Shown here: in pieces, positions 58,317 through 64,000 of the stretch
How positions within the stretch are numbered: the first letter of the stretch is position 1
Layout of the letters: the number at the start of each line of letters is the position of its first letter
Assembly: GCA_963708025.1 (NCBI GenBank)
Contig: CAVPSB010000018.1
Location: 96,001-160,000, forward strand
Direction of reading: 5' to 3'
DNA length: 64,000 nucleotides
Source: an uncultured Candidatus Rokubacteria bacterium
GTDB lineage: Bacteria > Methylomirabilota > Methylomirabilia > Rokubacteriales > DASRDR01
Position numbers and translations under genes: made by a program
Notes under the pieces: generated by a model
What the model saw: the letters and a program-made list of their open reading frames with translations, nothing else
The model's database searches: none
What the model was told of the DNA's origin: nothing

Positions 58317-59195
58317 ATGAGGCCGACAGCGCTGGCGTGCCTGGTGCTGGTCGCTCTGACCGGGGTCGCGGAGGTGGCCGCGCAGCCGGCGTCGGTGAGC
58401 CGCGTCTTCGCGGGCCCCCTGGACAAGGTCTGGAGCGCCGCCGAGGCCACGCTGAGGAGCCTGGGCTGGAGGATCGACCAGAGGAACAAGGCGATCGGAT
58501 CGATCGTGACCGACTCCCGGTCCCTCGACTTCAAGGAGTTCGGCGTCTACGGCGAGGGCACCCGCCACAAGCTGCGGCTGTCGGTGAACGCGGCCGGAGC
58601 CGCACAGACGAGCGTGACGGTCGAGCGCGAGCTGTACAAGGAGGAGCGCATCCTCTGGATGCCCAACCGGAAGGTGATCGAGACGTCCGACCGGAGCGTG
58701 GAGACCGCCGTGCTCGACGCCCTCGAGCGGGCGGTCCCCGCCGCCGTCGTCGAGGCCCCGGCACCGCGCCCCGTCCCGGGCGGGCCGTCACCGGGCGCCC
58801 CGCCGGTCGCCGCCCCCCCGCCGGTCGCCGTCCCCGCCCCGATCGCCGCTCCCCCACCGGTTTCCACCCCCGCCCCGGTCGTCGCCGTCCCCCCTGGCTC
58901 CAGCCGGGGCGAGTTCACCTTCAAGGTGACCTACCGCGTCAAGGGGACGGCCGGCAGCGCGGTCCTCACCTACCGGAACGCGCGGGGGGGCACCGAGCAG
59001 TCGAGCGCGCGGCTGCCGTGGGAGCTCTCCTTCGACGCCAAGGGCGGGCTCTTCCTGTACGTTTCCGCCCAGAACGAGAGCACGACCGGCTCGGTGACGT
59101 GCGAGATCCTGCTCGACGACGAGAGCCGCACCAGCTCGACCTCCAGCGGGGCGTACGTGATCGCGGAGTGCAGCAACGCCGCGGAGCGGAACTAG
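58317..59195 (+). CDS. Secreted two-domain protein with Pro-rich linker and MmpS-like C-terminal domain
   Basis: Signal peptide; VTYRVKG...LTY...LPW...SAQN...SVTCEILLD...C pattern. Confidence 0.75.
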   Translation: MRPTALACLVLVALTGVAEVAAQPASVSRVFAGPLDKVWSAAEATLRSLGWRIDQRNKAIGSIVTDSRSLDFKEFGVYGEGTRHKLRLSVNAAGAAQTSVTVERELYKEERILWMPNRKVIETSDRSVETAVLDALERAVPAAVVEAPAPRPVPGGPSPGAPPVAAPPPVAVPAPIAAPPPVSTPAPVVAVPPGSSRGEFTFKVTYRVKGTAGSAVLTYRNARGGTEQSSARLPWELSFDAKGGLFLYVSAQNESTTGSVTCEILLDDESRTSSTSSGAYVIAECSNAAERN

Positions 59196-59202
59196 CCGGA
59201 CC

Positions 59203-59239
59203 CCCTTCACCCTGGCCCTCTCCCCCAAGGGGGGAGAGG
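59203..59239 (+). repeat. Family C REP-like hairpin
   Basis: CCCTTCACCCTGGCCCTCTCCCCC-AAG-GGGGGAGAGG. Confidence 0.7.
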
Positions 59240-59465
59240 AAATCGGAGGCCGCCGATCAGGGTGAAACGAGCCCGGGAACCCTGGGCCCCGGTGCCGAGT
59301 ATACCTATTGATTTTGACCGGCCGCCCACCCAGAATAGCCGCACCGATTTGCCGGGTTCGAGGCCGGGCAGGGGAGGTGATCGGGGACCCGTCAGGCCTG
59401 CCGCCATCTCGGATTCACCGCGAGGATTTCACGACATCCACGCTCTTCACCCTGGAGGTCACACG

Positions 59466-60674
59466 ATGAGGCTCCGAACGCTCGCTGCTCCTCTCGCCCT
59501 GCTGCTCGTCCTGGGGCTGGCCCTGGCCCTGCCCGGCGGCGGGGTCGCCCAGCAGAAGGTCATCAAGATCGGCCTGTCGCTCCCGCTCACCGGGGCCGAC
59601 GCCGACGGGTCCGACGCCACCCTGAAGGGCGCCCAGATGGCGATCCAGGAGATCAACGCCAAGGGCGGGGTCGCCGGTCACAAGCTCGAGGGGGTCGTCT
59701 ACGACAGCGCCACCCCGGCGGCTGGCCAGTACGACCCGGCCCAGGCGGCCACCAACCACAGGAAGTTCATTGCGGACAGCCTGGTGCTGGCCGCGGTCGG
59801 CCCGTCGATGAGCGGCGAGGGCAAGGCCATCTCGCCGATCCTCAGCGAGGCCGACATGGCCACCATCACCCCCAGCTCCACCAACCCCGACATCACCGAC
59901 CCGAAGTTCAAGAGCCAGTACCGGCCCAAGGGGAAGGCCGTCTACTTCCGGAACGTGACGACCGACGCCTATCAGGGCCCGAACATGGCCAACTACCTCT
60001 TCCACCAGGTCAAGGTGAAGAGCGTCTACGTCCTCGACGACAGCGGCGCGTTCGGGGTGGGGATCGCCGACAGCTTCGAGCGGCGGGCCAAGGAGCTGGG
60101 CGTGAAGGTGCTCGGCCGAGACCGGCTCGACCCCAAGGAGGCCGACTACAAGACCATCCTCACCAAGATCAAGGGGCTGAACCCGGACGCGATCTACTAC
60201 GGCGGCGTCATGCAGGCGGCCGCCAAGCTGGCGCCCCAGGCCTACGAGATCGTGCCCAAGGTCGTCAAGGCCGGGCCAGACGGCGTCTACGACCTCTCCT
60301 GGCCGCAGCAGTCCGGCAAGGAGGCGGTCGAGGGCTGGTACTGCTCGCAGGCGTCGCCGGAGCTGGTGACGGACCCCAAGGTCGAGGCCTGGGTGACGAA
60401 GTTCAAGACGACCATGAAGCGCGACCCCACGAACTACGCGATCACCGCCTACACCGCCGTCTACGTCATCGCGGACGCGGCGGAGCGGACCGTCAAGGCC
60501 AAGAAGCCCCTGACCCGCTCGAACCTCCGCGACGCGATCCAGGCGACGAAGCTGAGCACGATCCAGGGCGCGATCGCCTACGACGAGAACGGCGACATCA
60601 CGAACCGGACGGTCTCCATCTACCAGTGGCTGGACGGCAAGATCAAGTACATCGGGGTCGCCCCCCAGAAGTAA
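59466..60674 (+). CDS. Branched-chain amino acid ABC transporter substrate-binding protein (LivJ/K family)
   Basis: Signal peptide, IKIGLSLPLTG, EINAKGGVAG, PSSTNPDIT, GAIAYDENGD. Confidence 0.93.
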   Translation: MRLRTLAAPLALLLVLGLALALPGGGVAQQKVIKIGLSLPLTGADADGSDATLKGAQMAIQEINAKGGVAGHKLEGVVYDSATPAAGQYDPAQAATNHRKFIADSLVLAAVGPSMSGEGKAISPILSEADMATITPSSTNPDITDPKFKSQYRPKGKAVYFRNVTTDAYQGPNMANYLFHQVKVKSVYVLDDSGAFGVGIADSFERRAKELGVKVLGRDRLDPKEADYKTILTKIKGLNPDAIYYGGVMQAAAKLAPQAYEIVPKVVKAGPDGVYDLSWPQQSGKEAVEGWYCSQASPELVTDPKVEAWVTKFKTTMKRDPTNYAITAYTAVYVIADAAERTVKAKKPLTRSNLRDAIQATKLSTIQGAIAYDENGDITNRTVSIYQWLDGKIKYIGVAPQK

Positions 60675-60734
60675 GAGCGAATCCGAGGTGATTCCGGGCA
60701 GGCGCCGGCGGCGCCTGCCCGGGCGCCGCTGCCG

Positions 60735-61664
60735 ATGAGCTTCTTCGAAGTCCTCCTCCAGCAGGTGATCAACGGGCTCGCCCTGGGCATGATGTACGCA
60801 CTGCTGGCCCTCGGCTTCACCATGGTCTACGGCATCATCGAGCTGATCAACTTCGCCCACTTCAGCGTGTTCATGAGCGGGACCTTCATCGGTCTCGTCG
60901 TGCTCGAGCTGATGGGGCTCGGTGGGGCCTCGAAGGCGCTCACCGGCTTCCCCCTGGTGGGCGCGCTGGTCGTCCTGTTCGCGGTGACCATGACGGCGAC
61001 CGGGCTCCTCGGCGTGCTCATCGAGCGAGTCTGTCTGCGCCCCGTCCGGGGCGTCTCCGGGACGGCGCCCATGATCACGACCATCGGCGTGGCGTTCATC
61101 CTGATCAACATCGCGCTCCTCACCTGGGGCCCCCAGACCAAGCGCTTTCCGCCGCTCCTGCCGAACTGGCGGTGGGAGATCGGCCAGGCCGACGTCACCT
61201 TCAAGCAGCTATTGCTCTGCGCCACCGGCCTGATCCTCATGCTCGCGCTGAACTACCTCGTGAAGCGAACCGCGCTGGGGAAGGCGATGCGGGCCACCGC
61301 CCAGGACATGGACGCGGCGAAGATGATGGGCGTGGACGTGGACCGGATCGTCATGCTCACGTTCTTCCTGGGCTCCGCCCTGGCCGGGGCCGGGAGCCTC
61401 TTCTTCGGCCTGTACTACGGCTTCACCGGCTACTACATCGGCTACACCACCGGGCTGCGGGCCTTCACCTCCGCGGTCCTCGGCGGCATCGGCAACATCC
61501 CGGGCGCGGTCGTCGGCGGGCTCCTGATCGGGTTGATCCAGTCGCTCGGCGGTCAGTTCCTCGAGGTCAAGTGGACCGACGTGATCATCTTCTCGATCCT
61601 GATCACCGTCATGGTCTTTCGGCCGACCGGCCTCTTCGGCGTGCACGCGCCCCAGAAGGCGTGA
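60735..61664 (+). CDS. livH: Branched-chain amino acid ABC permease
   Basis: YALLALGFTMVYGIIELINFAH, GKAMRATAQD, AVLGGIGNIPGA. Confidence 0.93.
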   Translation: MSFFEVLLQQVINGLALGMMYALLALGFTMVYGIIELINFAHFSVFMSGTFIGLVVLELMGLGGASKALTGFPLVGALVVLFAVTMTATGLLGVLIERVCLRPVRGVSGTAPMITTIGVAFILINIALLTWGPQTKRFPPLLPNWRWEIGQADVTFKQLLLCATGLILMLALNYLVKRTALGKAMRATAQDMDAAKMMGVDVDRIVMLTFFLGSALAGAGSLFFGLYYGFTGYYIGYTTGLRAFTSAVLGGIGNIPGAVVGGLLIGLIQSLGGQFLEVKWTDVIIFSILITVMVFRPTGLFGVHAPQKA

Positions 61665-63680
61665 TGCGCGCCCTGGCGGCGCGCCTCCCCGGCCTCGGCT
61701 GGGTCATCCGCTGGCGCGCGCTCCCCCTCGGCCGCCGCCGCCAGATCCTCGCGGTCGTCCTGCTCGCGGTCGGCCTCGCGTTTCCGCTGGTCGTGACCAA
61801 CGCCGGGAACGTGGACGCCGCCGCCAACGCCTACACCTACGTCCTGCTCGCCCTCGGCCTGAACATCGTCGTCGGCTTCGCGGGCCTCCTCGACCTCGGC
61901 TACGCGGCGTTCTTCGCCATCGGCGCCTACGGCTACGGGATCGCCGCCTCGTCGCAGCTCAAGCTGCCGTGGTCCGACGTGTGGACACCCCTCCTCTGGC
62001 TCGGCCAGGTGGCCCGCGTGTCCGTCGAGGGGCAGCCCGATCTGGTCAAGCTCCAGTTCTCGTTCTGGGGAATGCTGGCCGTGGGCGCGCTCGTCTGCGC
62101 CCTGTTCGGCGTCCTGTTCGGCGCGCCCACGCTGCGGCTCCGGGGCGATTACCTGGCCATCGTGACCCTCGGGTTCGGTGAGATCGTCCCGGTGGTCGCC
62201 CGCAACTGGGAGTGGCTGACCAACGGGGCGCAGGGGCTCGGCGGGATCAAGACGCCGACGCTGTTCGGCTACGAGTTCGGCTTCTCGCCCTACCCCTACT
62301 ACTTCCTCGGGCTCGGGCTGGTCGCCCTGGCCATCTTCTGCTCCCTCCGTCTCCAGGAGTCGCGGGTGGGACGGGCCTGGCGGGCGATCCGCGAGGACGA
62401 GCTGGCGGCCGGGGCGATGGGCGTCAACCCTGTCCATTACAAGCTCCTGGCGTTCGCGATCGGCGCGGCCGTGGGCGGACTGGGGGGAGTCTTCTACGTC
62501 GCCAAGCTGACGACCGCGACGCCGGACATGTTCACGTTCCCGGTGTCGGTCATGGTGCTCGTGATGGTGGTGCTCGGCGGGATGGGGTCGGTCCGCGGCG
62601 TGGTGCTGGCCGCGCTGATCCTCGCGTTCCTCCAGTCGGTGATCCTCCAGGAGCTGACGGAGTACGTCCACGCCCTCGGGCGGCTGGTGGGCAGCGACTT
62701 CCTCCAGAGGGTCCAGCTCATCACCTCGCTCGAGCTGATCTTCGGCCTGATCCTCGTGCTGATGATGCTCTTCCGCCGGGAGGGCCTGTTCCCGGCGGTG
62801 CGGCGGGTCACCGCGCTGAGCCTCGAGCAGCAGGCGGCGGTGCCGTCGCGCGGCGGGGCGGTCCGGCTGTCGTGGATGGAGGATCGGCCGGCCGCGCGCC
62901 CGGGTCCGCTCCTGGAGATCGAGGGCCTGACCAAGCGGTTCGGCGGCGTGGCGGCGGCGGATGGCATCGACCTCGTGGTGGCGCCCGGCGAGCTGGTGAG
63001 CGTGATCGGGCCGAACGGCTCGGGGAAGACGACCCTCTTCAACCTGATCACCGGCCTGGCCGAGCGGGACTCGGGCACGGTGCGGCTCGAGGGAGTCACC
63101 ATCGGCGGCCTCGCCGTCCCACGAGATCGTGGCCCGCGGCATCGCGCGGACGTTCCAGAACATCCGGCTGTTCAACAACCTGAGCGTGCTGGAGAACATG
63201 CTGGTCGGCGAGCACGCCCGCCTGACGTCGGGGGCGCTGGGCGCGATCGTCCGCCTGCCCGGCGTCCGGGCCGAGGAGCGGCGCGCGGTGGAGAGCGCGC
63301 TCGAGGTGCTCGGCCTGTTCGGCAACCGCCTACTGCCGCGGCTCGACCACCCGGTCTACGGGCTGTCGTACGCCAACCGGCGGCGGACGGAGATCGCCCG
63401 GGCGATCATGACCCGGCCGAAGCTCCTCCTGCTCGACGAGCCGGCCGCCGGGATGAACCCGGCCGAGACGCTCGAGCTGATGGACCTGGTCAAGGCGCTC
63501 CGCGGCCTGGGGGTCACGATCATCCTGATCGAGCACAAGCTGGACGTGGTCATGGACGTCTCGGACCGCGTCGTCGTGCTGGACCACGGCGTCAAGATCG
63601 CCGAGGGGAAGCCGGCCCTGGTGCGCAACGACGAGAAGGTGATCGAGGCGTACCTGGGAAGGCGGCGGCGAGTCGCGTGA
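61664..63680 (+). CDS. Fused LivM permease + LivG ATPase (apparent +1 frameshift near 63118)
   Basis: LGLNIVVGFAGLLDLG, LRLRGDYLAIVTLGFGEI, then GPNGSGKTT in the same frame; GIARTFQNIRLF and LLDEPAAG in the shifted frame. Confidence 0.88.
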
Positions 63681-63942
63681 TGGCCGGGCCGATACCCGTC
63701 GCGATCTCCGTCTCGGCCGTGACGCGCTCGGCCTGCGTCGATCGGACGGCCTTCGGCCTGGGGGCGTCCGTCCCGGCCTATGGTCGTCGATCGGACGGCC
63801 TCCGGCCTCTGGGGTCGTCGCCGATCCTCGGCGTACTCGGAGTACGCCTGCGGTCAGCGACACCCTGCGTTCTTCGGACGGCCTTCGGCCTGCGGGGGCT
63901 GCTCGGGTCTCGGCCCGGCCAAGGGGTCGGCTGATGGCCGGG
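63678..63942 (+). repeat. Family D palindromic insert between livG and livF, with three 22-nt modules and 11-bp flanking direct repeats
   Basis: TGATGGCCGGG at 63678-63688 and 63932-63942; central palindrome GGCGTACTC-G-GAGTACGCC at 63830-63848. Confidence 0.8.
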
Positions 63943-64000
63943 GCGGGGGCGAACGGAAAGCTGCTCCTCCAGTTCACCGACGTCCACACCTACTACGGAG
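63934..64000 (+). CDS. livF: LivF-type ABC ATPase, N-terminus (truncated by the window edge)
   Basis: MAGAGANGKLLLQFTDVHTYYG and position in the operon. Confidence 0.75.
   Translation, partial: MAGAGANGKLLLQFTDVHTYYG

Overview
A very GC-rich bacterial window. The gene content, especially a double-zinc-ribbon/class III cyclase/NTPase/TPR protein, suggests a soil organism such as Candidatus Rokubacteria (inference only). (1) 1-3.9 kb: NitT/TauT-type ABC operon and an FAD oxidoreductase. (2) tRNA-Asp(GTC) carries a ~16.5 kb integrated island (49-bp att duplication at 4208-4256 and 20709-20757). It holds a C-terminal integrase remnant, a tRNA-Leu fragment, a toxin-antitoxin-like pair, a flavin monooxygenase, and five tandem SAM methyltransferases in mirror order A-B-C-B'-A' between two cyclase-NTPase-TPR genes. 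(3) 21-24.5 kb: further accessory genes. (4) 24.7-64 kb: mostly core-like genes (HpaBC-like pair, phosphonopyruvate decarboxylase, HtrA, treY, CocE hydrolase, carbonic anhydrase, amidase, hemE-hemH-hemY, liv-type ABC operon), interrupted at 42.8-46.2 kb by a decayed HprK-like kinase/glycosyltransferase locus. The most unusual signal is non-coding. Several families of short palindromic repeats sit at gene junctions, two copies flanked by duplications of the junction, and a discrete 22-nt module (TYSGACGGCCTTCGGCCTNNGG) appears nine times, always inside these repeats. Several isolated +1 frameshifts look like sequencing errors. Coordinates were counted by hand and may be off by a few bases.
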